DNA of 64,000 nucleotides from Pseudomonadota bacterium (lineage in GTDB: Bacteria > Pseudomonadota > Alphaproteobacteria > Sphingomonadales > SMXR01), in assembly GCA_022566215.1 (NCBI GenBank), contig JADFJJ010000001.1, positions 53,791 to 117,790 on the forward strand. The letters are read 5' to 3'. The notes under the pieces were generated by a model that searched no databases, was not told where the DNA came from, and worked only from the letters and a program-made list of their open reading frames with translations. Positions 36,960 through 45,714 of the stretch are shown one piece after another. Each line of letters begins with the position of its first letter. The first letter of the stretch is position 1. The position numbers and the translations under genes were made by a program.

Positions 36960-37576
36960 TGTTTTGTTTCTGATTTTTTTTGAGTGTCTTCGGCAGACTT
37001 TTCACCTTTCGTAGCCCCTTCTGGCTGATCAGCAGCTTCATGATGATCCGGGAACATTTGGCGATGAACCGTAAGCACCCTTGAATAAATTTCAGAAATG
37101 GCATCGGCAATAGCCTGCATTTTATACCCGTCCCCGCGGTAATAAAACGTCATGGTGGTCGGGTCATAAAGCCTGAATATATTTCCCTCCACAATCGGAA
37201 TCTGTTTGCTCAATTCTTCAAGCGAGCCAACGTGATCAAAGACCACTTTCTCACCTTTGGAAGCTCCAATCCAATCCTCAAGTTTCTCATCTCCATGTTC
37301 CCATAGCGCTGACAGCCGTGGGTCATTCAACGGATGTTTTTCACTCAGTTGCAGAACGTCTCTCAGTTCCTCCCCCCGCTTTTGTACTCTGGTCCGGGAT
37401 GGCCATAACAATGACGAGACCTGACTGGCGCAAAGCAGTGTTGACTGGGCGGCAAAAAATATACCTGCTGGAATGTTTTGCTGTACCGACTGGTTGAAAA
37501 CCCGAAAAGCAGCTTCGGTATAAACACACTGGTTGTGAAGTTCGTGAATAAAGATGGCTAATGATGCGCGATCCAT
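36956..37576 (-). CDS. orphan hypothetical protein (~206 aa)
   Basis: It sits in the AT-rich segment. The ATG at 37576 (MDRASLAIFIHELHNQ...) has an AAGGGA upstream, whereas the track start at 37660 lacks an RBS. It has a helical N-terminus and an acidic/lysine tail. I recognise no family. Confidence 0.5.
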   Translation of the reverse strand: MDRASLAIFIHELHNQCVYTEAAFRVFNQSVQQNIPAGIFFAAQSTLLCASQVSSLLWPSRTRVQKRGEELRDVLQLSEKHPLNDPRLSALWEHGDEKLEDWIGASKGEKVVFDHVGSLEELSKQIPIVEGNIFRLYDPTTMTFYYRGDGYKMQAIADAISEIYSRVLTVHRQMFPDHHEAADQPEGATKGEKSAEDTQKKSETKH

Positions 37577-37956
37577 TTTGAAATCCCTTTTATAATCCTT
37601 AGTAGAGAGTCCTGAAAAATCGGCGAAGTGATAGCACAGGCTCGTGCTTTTTGGCCACATAAACTTTGCTTAAAAGTCATAATAAGTGTCAAAAACCAGA
37701 ATAAAACAGAATCTTCCGCAAATTGGCCTTAATTTGAGGAAAATTATTACATTAAATACAAGTTCAATATCTGGATGAGGGCGTTATGAAACTTTTATCG
37801 GCAAGACCCCGTAAGAAAAAAGCCTGCGAAATCTATGAGAGAACATTTATAATTATTTGCTTGGCCAACGCAAAAAACACCCTTGATCAGGCAGAGAGAT
37901 AGGTTGGGTTTGCCAGGTATATAATCGCCAGTATTTTTGAAATTTAAAATCTTAAA

Positions 37957-37987
37957 ACCCGCATTCGCAAGGGTGCGAGGTTTTTTT
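37957..37987. terminator. hairpin plus T-run, a possible bidirectional terminator
   Basis: The sequence is aaaaCCCGCAttcgcaagggTGCGaGGttttttt. The stem is imperfect (one bulge), with T7 on the + strand and T4 on the - strand. Confidence 0.45.
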
Positions 37988-38534
37988 ATTCAAAATCCAA
38001 TGTGCCGAGCCATCTGTTAACCCGGTTTTTATTGGTGTTGTTCCTATCCTCCCCTTTCAGGGTTCTGCTTAAAACAGCCAGGCTGGAGCGGTTTCCGCCA
38101 AGATCATAAAACTGAATGGTGACAACATCAGGAAACGGGTTGGGCCCGCTATAGGCCAGATATTCAAACTGCCGGTTGGGAATATCCCATCGCTTGATAT
38201 TTTTTTCCAGCCGCGGCCGGGCATCGATAAAATCTAAAAAGCGCCGGCTCAGGACATCAACGGTCACCGGATAAACAATGGTAATCTGGTCCGGGGTGGC
38301 GAGGGGGCAATAATCCTCGGGGCAGGAAAGGTAATGATTCTGGTCTGGAACAACGTCCAGAGTTTCAAAATCGATTATTTCCATTTTACTGGAACCAAAA
38401 ATCCCCTCCAGAGACAATTCCTCGGAAAACAGGATTAACAGTAAACCACCCGCGACAATCAGGACACTAAGAGAAATTGAAATATATGTCAGCTTGTCGA
38501 GAAAGTAGTTTTTTTTTGATTGATTAGTAGACAT
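37986..38534 (-). CDS. membrane-anchored protein, DUF1499-like
   Basis: 182 aa with an N-terminal TM segment. The C-terminal pattern SSLAVLSRTLKGEDRNNTNKNRVNRWL resembles the DUF1499 ...S..G.SD.G.NR.R... motif from memory. Confidence 0.5.
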   Translation of the reverse strand: MSTNQSKKNYFLDKLTYISISLSVLIVAGGLLLILFSEELSLEGIFGSSKMEIIDFETLDVVPDQNHYLSCPEDYCPLATPDQITIVYPVTVDVLSRRFLDFIDARPRLEKNIKRWDIPNRQFEYLAYSGPNPFPDVVTIQFYDLGGNRSSLAVLSRTLKGEDRNNTNKNRVNRWLGTLDFE

Positions 38535-38573
38535 CAGGGCTGCCTTTTAAACGTGTTTTTATTGATTAAATAT

Positions 38574-38876
38574 TCAGTTCCGAAGGACACTGGCCAGGTT
38601 CATGGCGATGCCCATATTGCCGTCAATGGATAGCTTTCCGGACATAAAGGCCATTTGCGAATCCAGGTTTCCATCCAGCATTTCATTAAAATCTTCCAGT
38701 GAAATAGAAATTGTGCAATCGCTGTCGATATCACCATTGGTCACTTCCGGTGGCGATTTAGCACCATCCACGGAAATTTTTCCATCATCACCGAAATCAA
38801 AAGTAAGGGTATCGGAAAAATCTGCCGCTTTGGCAAAAAGCTCCTTTACCCTCTTTGTGGTTGTTTCCAGGCTCAT
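38574..38876 (-). CDS. SCP2 sterol-carrier-like domain protein
   Basis: 100 aa. The C-terminal MSGKLSIDGNMGIAMNLASVL is the typical SCP2 signature. Confidence 0.8.
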   Translation of the reverse strand: MSLETTTKRVKELFAKAADFSDTLTFDFGDDGKISVDGAKSPPEVTNGDIDSDCTISISLEDFNEMLDGNLDSQMAFMSGKLSIDGNMGIAMNLASVLRN

Positions 38877-38891
38877 TTTGTTTCCTTTCTT

Positions 38892-39638
38892 TTAGTTCCC
38901 GTCCTCATCTTCTTCTTCATCGTCTCTCCCTCCGAACAGACCCTTGAATTTGTTTTTAAGGGTTTCTTTTCCTTTCTCAAGAAAACCCTTCACTCTTGCA
39001 TCAGCCAGAACGGTTATCACCGCCGCAGTCACCGCGGCCATTGTTTCCTGTGAAGCCTCTGCAAAGCTGGCGCCTTCCTCGTCTCCTCCCTCATTTCCTA
39101 TATTGGCCAAATGTATATCGGGAAGCATAAGAGTCTGCTCTCCGGAATCGAGCGGTAACCCTAAAACGGTTACTTTGGCGCCGGTAATATAGAGATCGTC
39201 AATGATAACGTTGGGGGTCAATGCCTCGCTTTCCCCACTTGTATATTCCTCCATGCTATCCATCAGGGCGTTAATATTCAGCCTGTTTCCTTGGAATTCG
39301 ACAATTATTTCCGGGTCGATAATACGGATTTCGGTGATATGGACGGTATCGGAGAAAAGGGTTGAAGTTTCCATAGTGATGCTGATGTCAGCCAGGCTGA
39401 AGGTTTTTTCCGCCTCAAATCCCTCCGGGCTTCCGATCACCAGCCCGGACAGGCCGGCGGTTCCGGACATGGGTGAAAAACTGACGTCTGCTAGGGAGAC
39501 CGATGTCCCAGTATACTCAGGGCCGTATTTTTCCACCGATCCCTTCACGGCCGCTCCTCCATAAAACATGATGAACAAAAAACCAACGACCAGAACCCCA
39601 CCCAAAACAAAAAATATTTTTTTCAACATTCCCAACAT
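38892..39638 (-). CDS. membrane-anchored protein with an AsmA/DUF748-like N-terminal region and an acidic tail
   Basis: The ATG at 39638 is preceded by AAGGAGG. A TM anchor is followed by VEKYGPEYTGTSVSLADVSFSPMSGTAGLSGLVIGSPEGF...FSLADISI. The C-terminus is DDEEEDEDGN. Confidence 0.5.
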   Translation of the reverse strand: MLGMLKKIFFVLGGVLVVGFLFIMFYGGAAVKGSVEKYGPEYTGTSVSLADVSFSPMSGTAGLSGLVIGSPEGFEAEKTFSLADISITMETSTLFSDTVHITEIRIIDPEIIVEFQGNRLNINALMDSMEEYTSGESEALTPNVIIDDLYITGAKVTVLGLPLDSGEQTLMLPDIHLANIGNEGGDEEGASFAEASQETMAAVTAAVITVLADARVKGFLEKGKETLKNKFKGLFGGRDDEEEDEDGN

Positions 39639-39834
39639 TTTGCCCTCCTTCAAAGACCTTCGGCTCAAGCTGAATGTTTCCCCTTATATTCCATAACTTC
39701 CATTTCGTTTTTATTAAATGCCGGACAGCGTTATTCATCAAGGTTTTTTTCTCTTAAGTCCCGGTATAAAAGCTTTGCTTGAATATTTCTTTCAGTATCG
39801 TACCTCTAGTGCGGAAAGGAGCATTTTTGGGCAC

Positions 39835-40680
39835 ATGATAGAAATTGGCGGACTCAAGGAACATGTTGTGGGTCTAAAGGGTGTTCTCTGTGACCTTTGG
39901 GGGGTAGTACACAATGGCAGGGCCGCGTTCCCGGAGGCCGTGGAAGCCCTGCAGGCACTCCGAAAAAAAGGCCTTTTCCTTGTGCTTCTTTCCAACTCTC
40001 CTCGGCCCTCGATTTCTGTACGCGCCCAATTAAAAGACATCGGGGTTCCCGGGAATTGCTATGATGCGATCATCACCTCGGGCGATATCTCAAGGGAATT
40101 CCTGATCGGGGAGGGAGCTGACAAAACCTTCTTTCATCTTGGGCCTGAGCGTGACCAGCCAACCATCGAGGGCCTTCCCAATCCCGAAACTGATGACCTC
40201 AGGAGGGCGGATTACATCCTGTGTACGGGTTTTTTTGAGGACTGGAGCATGGACCCAAAAAGCTATGAAGCCTTGTTCGCCGCCGGTGTTCAGAACCAAA
40301 TCCCCATGATTTGCGCCAATCCCGACAAGGAAGCTGAAATTGACAATAAAAGAGTTCTTTGTGCCGGGACCCTGGCAAGTCTTTATGAAAGGATGGGAGG
40401 CAAAATCCACTGGTTTGGAAAACCCGATGAAATTGCTTACCAGAAGTGCTTCGATATCATGAAACTACAGATGAAAGACGAATTTAAACCCGCCGATTTA
40501 CTGGCCATTGGCGATAATCTGGAGACTGACATAAGGGGCGGGAAAGCCCAGGGTTTAAAAACCTTATTTATTGCTGAAGGCCTACATGGCAAACACGGAA
40601 CAACGCAGGAAGAGCTTGAACCTTTCATGAAAAAGCTGGACATTTTTCCCGATATGTTCATGAAAAGGCTAAAGTGGTGA
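39835..40680 (+). CDS. HAD-superfamily hydrolase, TIGR01459-like (subfamily IIA)
   Basis: It has the motif GVLCDLWGVVHNG and, later, AIGDNLETDIRGG. The ATG at 39835 has an AAGGAG upstream. It lies directly upstream of ribF, as is common in Alphaproteobacteria. Confidence 0.75.
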   Translation: MIEIGGLKEHVVGLKGVLCDLWGVVHNGRAAFPEAVEALQALRKKGLFLVLLSNSPRPSISVRAQLKDIGVPGNCYDAIITSGDISREFLIGEGADKTFFHLGPERDQPTIEGLPNPETDDLRRADYILCTGFFEDWSMDPKSYEALFAAGVQNQIPMICANPDKEAEIDNKRVLCAGTLASLYERMGGKIHWFGKPDEIAYQKCFDIMKLQMKDEFKPADLLAIGDNLETDIRGGKAQGLKTLFIAEGLHGKHGTTQEELEPFMKKLDIFPDMFMKRLKW

Positions 40681-40683
40681 AAA

Positions 40684-41706
40684 ATGGAAATTATCCGCCA
40701 TATCAATGACTTACCGAAATCAATGGCAGGCGCCGTTGCCGCCCTTGGTAATTTTGATGGTTTTCACCGCGGCCATCAGGTGGTGGTGGGCGAAGCCGGC
40801 CGTCTGGCAAAAAAAGCCGGCGTACCTCTAATGGTGGGCATGACTGAACCCCACCCCCGAAGCTTTTTTAACCCCAAGGGAGAACCTTTCCGCCTGACGC
40901 CATTCCGGGAACGCCTGGCGCTTTTGAAAAACTTTGGTGTTGATATTGCGGTGGTTCTTCCCTTCACGAAGGATTTGGCCAGCCTGACACCGGAACAATT
41001 TACCGGTGATGTCCTGAAGAAAGGACTTCATGTTTCCGGAGTGGTGGTCGGCTACGACTACCGCTTTGGCAAGGGCCGCGCCGGGGATGCGGGCGTTCTC
41101 AAAGACCTCGGCAAGAAATTCAACTTTAATGTCACGGAAATTCCCCAAGTCCATTTCGGGGTCGAGGGTGCAGCGGGAGAGCCCTATTCATCGACCCTGG
41201 TGCGCGTTGCCCTGAAAGAGGGGAAAGCCAGGAAAGCCGCCGCCCTTCTTGGCCACTGGTGGACAGTCAATGGGCCCATTATTGACGGTGAGAAACGCGG
41301 CCGCAGAATTGGTTTTCCGACCGCCAACATCGAATTTCACGATTCGATTGTGCCGCGCCTGGGCGTTTATGCCGTTCGCGCCTGGGTCGAAGGGGCAGGG
41401 GACCGGCTTTTTGATGGGGTCGCCAATATTGGGGTACGGCCAACTTTTGGCGAAAGCAAGGTCCTTCTGGAAGCGCACCTTTTTGACTTTGGGGGTGATC
41501 ATTACGGCCGCCATATCCGGCTGCATTTCATTGGCGGGATCAGGCCGGAGCGAAAGTTTGACAATGTTGACCAGTTAGTCAGGCAAATCGAACACGATAT
41601 CGAAGCCGCACACGACCTTTTGGCCGACCCTGAAAACGCCCACCAACTTCACCAGCCCCCAACACTTGAAGAGTACCTGAAAACCCACCCTAATCCCCCG
41701 TACTGA
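40684..41706 (+). CDS. ribF: bifunctional riboflavin kinase / FMN adenylyltransferase
   Basis: 340 aa with the motifs GNFDGFHRGHQ, GFPTANI and the C-terminal kinase motif LEAHLFDF. Confidence 0.95.
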   Translation: MEIIRHINDLPKSMAGAVAALGNFDGFHRGHQVVVGEAGRLAKKAGVPLMVGMTEPHPRSFFNPKGEPFRLTPFRERLALLKNFGVDIAVVLPFTKDLASLTPEQFTGDVLKKGLHVSGVVVGYDYRFGKGRAGDAGVLKDLGKKFNFNVTEIPQVHFGVEGAAGEPYSSTLVRVALKEGKARKAAALLGHWWTVNGPIIDGEKRGRRIGFPTANIEFHDSIVPRLGVYAVRAWVEGAGDRLFDGVANIGVRPTFGESKVLLEAHLFDFGGDHYGRHIRLHFIGGIRPERKFDNVDQLVRQIEHDIEAAHDLLADPENAHQLHQPPTLEEYLKTHPNPPY

Positions 41707-41797
41707 GCGCTCCTTTCCTCTCGACTTAGCAAAGTACCCTTGTTACAAGCAACAACCGAAAACCGGACCCGAAAAGTTAGAGTGAAAAGCGCCCACG

Positions 41798-44629
41798 ATG
41801 GCCAACGATTACAGGCATACGATCCTGCTGCCAAGAACCGATTTCCCGATGAAGGCGAACCTGCCCGGGAGGGAGCCGGAAATCGAGGCCGCATGGGATA
41901 AGCAGGACCTTTACAGGCGCCTTCGGGAAACCTCAAAGGATCGCAAAAAATTTATCCTTCACGACGGGCCCCCCTATGCCAATGGCGATATCCACATTGG
42001 CCATGCCATGAACAAGATCTTGAAGGATTTTATTGTCCGTTCGCGTCAGATGATGGGCTTTAACGCGCCTTACGTTCCGGGCTGGGACTGCCACGGGCTT
42101 CCGATCGAGTGGAAGATTGAGGAAAAATACCGCAAGAAAAAGAAAAACAAGGACGAAGTTCCGCCGGCCGAATTTCGCCAGGAATGCCGCGACTTTGCCG
42201 CTCACTGGATCGAGGTGCAAAAAAAGGAATTTAAACGCCTCGGGATTATTGGCGATTGGGACAATCCCTATACCACAATGGCCTTTGAGGCGGAGGCCAC
42301 AATTGTATCCGAGCTGTTGAAATTTGCCACCCAGGGAAGCCTCTACCGTGGTTCAAGGCCGGTGATGTGGTCGCCGGTGGAAAAAACCGCGCTGGCCGAG
42401 GCCGAGATCGAATACCACGACCATACCTCGACCACCATCGATGTTGCTTTTCCGGTTATTAAAACCGGGCATAAAGAACTGGAAGGAACCCACTTTACCA
42501 TTTGGACGACAACCCCCTGGACAATTCCCGGCAACCGCGGGATTTGCTATGGGAATGACCTGGACTACCTTTTGATAGAGGTTGAAAAGGTTGCAGAGGG
42601 AAGCCTGGTTCCGGTTGGCATTCGCCTGGTTTTGGCGGAGGGTTTGTTAGCGGAATTTTGCCAGCGGGTCGGTATCGAAAAATCCACAACCCAGGCCAGG
42701 TTCAAGGGAAGGGATTTTCAGGGAACCCTCTGCGCCCACCCGTGGCGGGGTAAAGGTTATGACTTTGATGTCCCGCTGATCCCGGCCGGCCACGTTACTC
42801 TTGAACAGGGCACCGGCTTTGTCCATACCGCGCCAGGGCACGGCGCCGAGGACTATGAGGCCTGGCTGGCCGCCGGCCACCAGGACATCCCATTCACCGT
42901 TGCTGGAGATGGGCGGTTTTATGATCAAGTGCCGCTGGTGGCTGGTGAGCATGTCTATAAAGTCGCGGACCATATCGTCGATCTTTTAAAAGAAGCCCGG
43001 GCGCTCCTTCACACCGACAAGTTAACCCATAGCTATCCTCATTCGTGGCGCTCCAAGGCTCCGCTGATTTTCCGCAACACCCCACAGTGGTTTATCAGCA
43101 TGGAAAAAAACGATCTGAAAGTAAAATCACTGAAGGCCATTGATGATGTGCGCTGGGTTCCGCCGCGAACCAAAAACCGCATCAAGGCGATGGTCGAGAC
43201 CAAACCCGACTGGGTGATCTCACGCCAGCGTGCCTGGGGGGTGCCGATCACGGTCTTCACCCATAAAGAAACCGGAGAACTTTTGAACGATAAAGCGGTC
43301 AACAAAAGGATTGTCGAAGCGGTCAAAAAAGAAGGCGCCGATGCCTGGTTCCTGACCGATGCCCAGGAGTTTTTGGGCAACGAACACAAGGCTGAGGATT
43401 ATGAGAAATGCACTGACATCCTGGATGTCTGGTTCGATTCCGGCTCAACCCATGCCTTTGTCACCGAGGTTCGCGAAGATTTGGGGGAGAAGGCGGATGT
43501 TTATGTGGAGGGGTCCGATCAGCACCGCGGCTGGTTCCAGTCGAGCCTGATTGAAAGCTGCGGCACCCGTGGCGAAGCCCCCTATAAGGAAGTTGTCACC
43601 CACGGCTTTGTCATGGATGGTGCGGGCAAAAAGATGTCAAAATCGCTTGGCAATGTAATCTCGCCCCTGAAGGTGATTGAACAGAACGGCGCTGACATTT
43701 TGCGCCTTTGGGTCGCCTCCACCGATTATTTCGAGGATGTCCGGATCGGCCCGCAGATCCTCCAGGGCCAAATTGATTCGTACCGGAAAATCAGGAACAC
43801 ATTCCGCTTTTTGCTCGGTAATCTGGGCGATTTTGAAGAAAGTGAAGTTTTGCCGGTCGAGCAAATGCCGGAACTGGAGCGCTGGGTCCTGAACCGGCTT
43901 TTCGATCTAGATCAGCTGATCCGCGGCAAAGCGAACGACTATGATTTTAATGCCATCTATCAGGCGCTTTACAATTTCTGTGTTCTGGATTTGTCATCAT
44001 TTTATTTCGATATCCGCAAAGACTGTCTTTATTGCGATGCCAGAAATTCAACCAAGCGCCGGGCCGCCCGGACCGTCCTGAATCATTTGTTTAACTGCCT
44101 GACCGCCTGGTTTGCTCCGATCCTGGCTTTCACTGCCGAAGAGGTTTGGAAAACCCGCATGGGGGAAGACGCCGGCAGCGTCCACGAACGCCTGTTCCCG
44201 GAAATCCCGCAAACCTGGCACAATGCGGACCTGGCCGGGCGCTGGCAGACAATCCGCAAGGTCCGCAGGGTTGTCACCGGCGCGCTTGAAGTGGACCGGC
44301 GTAACAAGGCAATCGGCTCCAGCCTCGAGGCGGCGGTCATTATTTATGTTGAGGATGAAGGGTTCAAGGCCGCTCTGGAGGGTGTTGATTTCATGGAAAT
44401 TTCCATTACTTCCGGCGCCGGGTTTCGCTTTGGGAAGGCCCCCAAGAATGCTTTCCGCCTGGCAGAGGTCAAGGAGGTTGCGGTGGTCACAGCCAGGGCC
44501 AAAGGCGGCAAATGCGGGCGCTGCTGGATGGTTCTTGAGGAAGTTGGCGGAGGTAAAAAATATAAAGATCTTTGCAAACGCTGCGCTGATGTGGTGGCCG
44601 CTCTTCCTGACGCCCGGGAGAGAACATGA
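41798..44629 (+). CDS. ileS: isoleucine--tRNA ligase
   Basis: 943 aa with HIGH (PPYANGDIHIGHA), KMSKS (KKMSKSLGN) and a C-terminal zinc-finger Cys cluster. Confidence 0.97.
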   Translation: MANDYRHTILLPRTDFPMKANLPGREPEIEAAWDKQDLYRRLRETSKDRKKFILHDGPPYANGDIHIGHAMNKILKDFIVRSRQMMGFNAPYVPGWDCHGLPIEWKIEEKYRKKKKNKDEVPPAEFRQECRDFAAHWIEVQKKEFKRLGIIGDWDNPYTTMAFEAEATIVSELLKFATQGSLYRGSRPVMWSPVEKTALAEAEIEYHDHTSTTIDVAFPVIKTGHKELEGTHFTIWTTTPWTIPGNRGICYGNDLDYLLIEVEKVAEGSLVPVGIRLVLAEGLLAEFCQRVGIEKSTTQARFKGRDFQGTLCAHPWRGKGYDFDVPLIPAGHVTLEQGTGFVHTAPGHGAEDYEAWLAAGHQDIPFTVAGDGRFYDQVPLVAGEHVYKVADHIVDLLKEARALLHTDKLTHSYPHSWRSKAPLIFRNTPQWFISMEKNDLKVKSLKAIDDVRWVPPRTKNRIKAMVETKPDWVISRQRAWGVPITVFTHKETGELLNDKAVNKRIVEAVKKEGADAWFLTDAQEFLGNEHKAEDYEKCTDILDVWFDSGSTHAFVTEVREDLGEKADVYVEGSDQHRGWFQSSLIESCGTRGEAPYKEVVTHGFVMDGAGKKMSKSLGNVISPLKVIEQNGADILRLWVASTDYFEDVRIGPQILQGQIDSYRKIRNTFRFLLGNLGDFEESEVLPVEQMPELERWVLNRLFDLDQLIRGKANDYDFNAIYQALYNFCVLDLSSFYFDIRKDCLYCDARNSTKRRAARTVLNHLFNCLTAWFAPILAFTAEEVWKTRMGEDAGSVHERLFPEIPQTWHNADLAGRWQTIRKVRRVVTGALEVDRRNKAIGSSLEAAVIIYVEDEGFKAALEGVDFMEISITSGAGFRFGKAPKNAFRLAEVKEVAVVTARAKGGKCGRCWMVLEEVGGGKKYKDLCKRCADVVAALPDARERT

Positions 44630-45102
44630 AAAAGCATTTTGGTTACCTTATTGCGCTGGCTGTTTTTGGTTTGGACCGGTTGTCAAAATGGTGGATTGTT
44701 GAGGTCTTGAACCTTGAAAAAAGTGGTCCGATAGACCTGCTTCCGTTTTTAGATTTAAGCTTGGTCTGGAACAGGGGAATTTCCCTTGGCCTTTTCCAGA
44801 TGGACGGGGATGTTGGGCGTTATGTGCTAATCGCACTGACCAGCGCTATAACCCTGGTTGTTGCCTGGTGGTTATTTCGTGTCCATGAGAAATGGGTCAA
44901 AATCGGCCTTGGGCTGGTGCTCGGCGGGGCGGTTGGCAATATCTGGGACCGGTTTGAATATGGGGCCGTCGCGGATTTTTTCCATTTCTTTATCGGCAAC
45001 TGGTCATTTTATACCTTCAATGTTGCCGATGCCGCGATTTCAGTGGGTGTTGTTCTTCTTTTGTGGGATGCCTTGCTCTTGTCAAAAAAAAAGAATACAT
45101 AG
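44626..45102 (+). CDS. lspA: lipoprotein signal peptidase II
   Basis: 158 aa with four TM helices. It has the motifs VWNRGISLG and GNIWDR...VADFF...FNVADAAI. It overlaps the ileS stop by 4 nt. Confidence 0.9.
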   Translation: MKKHFGYLIALAVFGLDRLSKWWIVEVLNLEKSGPIDLLPFLDLSLVWNRGISLGLFQMDGDVGRYVLIALTSAITLVVAWWLFRVHEKWVKIGLGLVLGGAVGNIWDRFEYGAVADFFHFFIGNWSFYTFNVADAAISVGVVLLLWDALLLSKKKNT

Positions 45103-45151
45103 GAAATCATTCGTAAAATGCCGGAATCTTATATTAGAAATTTAAGGAACT

Positions 45152-45622
45152 ATGATGACTGGTAAATTCAGGACCGTGCTAATCTTAACTGCAGTTGTTC
45201 CCTTGCTTGCCCTTGGCGGGTGCGGGACGCTGAAAAAAATTGCCGGCAAGGACAAAAATGCTCCCGATGAGTTTGCGGTGGTTACCCGGCCTCCTTTGAT
45301 AATACCGCCGGAATATAGCCTCACTCCGCCCGAACCGGGCGAAGCCACCACGCAGAATCTGGCCTCTTCTGCTGAAACCCTGCGCGCTCTTTTCCCGGAC
45401 AGTGAAAATATCAGGCCCCAGGTTTCGCTCGGTGAAGAGGCCCTGTTGCGTTCTATTGAAGCCCGGCCCCTTTCCGATATCCGCCCCAGTGTCGGCAGTG
45501 ATACCGAGGTGACGGAAAAAGGAACGCTGGTGGAAGATATTGTCACCATCGACGAGCGTGAGGGCAGCCCCGATGGTTCCAGCATTGATCATGTCAGTTC
45601 CGAACCGGACGGGAATAGTTAA
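45152..45622 (+). CDS. DUF3035-like lipoprotein
   Basis: 156 aa with the lipobox LLALGGC, then [24 protein letters not shown]. Its position after lspA is typical for Alphaproteobacteria. Confidence 0.65.
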   Translation: MMTGKFRTVLILTAVVPLLALGGCGTLKKIAGKDKNAPDEFAVVTRPPLIIPPEYSLTPPEPGEATTQNLASSAETLRALFPDSENIRPQVSLGEEALLRSIEARPLSDIRPSVGSDTEVTEKGTLVEDIVTIDEREGSPDGSSIDHVSSEPDGNS

Positions 45623-45714
45623 AAAACCGGCCAATTTGTCAAAAAGGGCGTAGCCAAAAATCACCTGAATGTTTATCTTCTAGCCCTTCACTGGATTTGA
45701 AGGGGAGAACTTCC

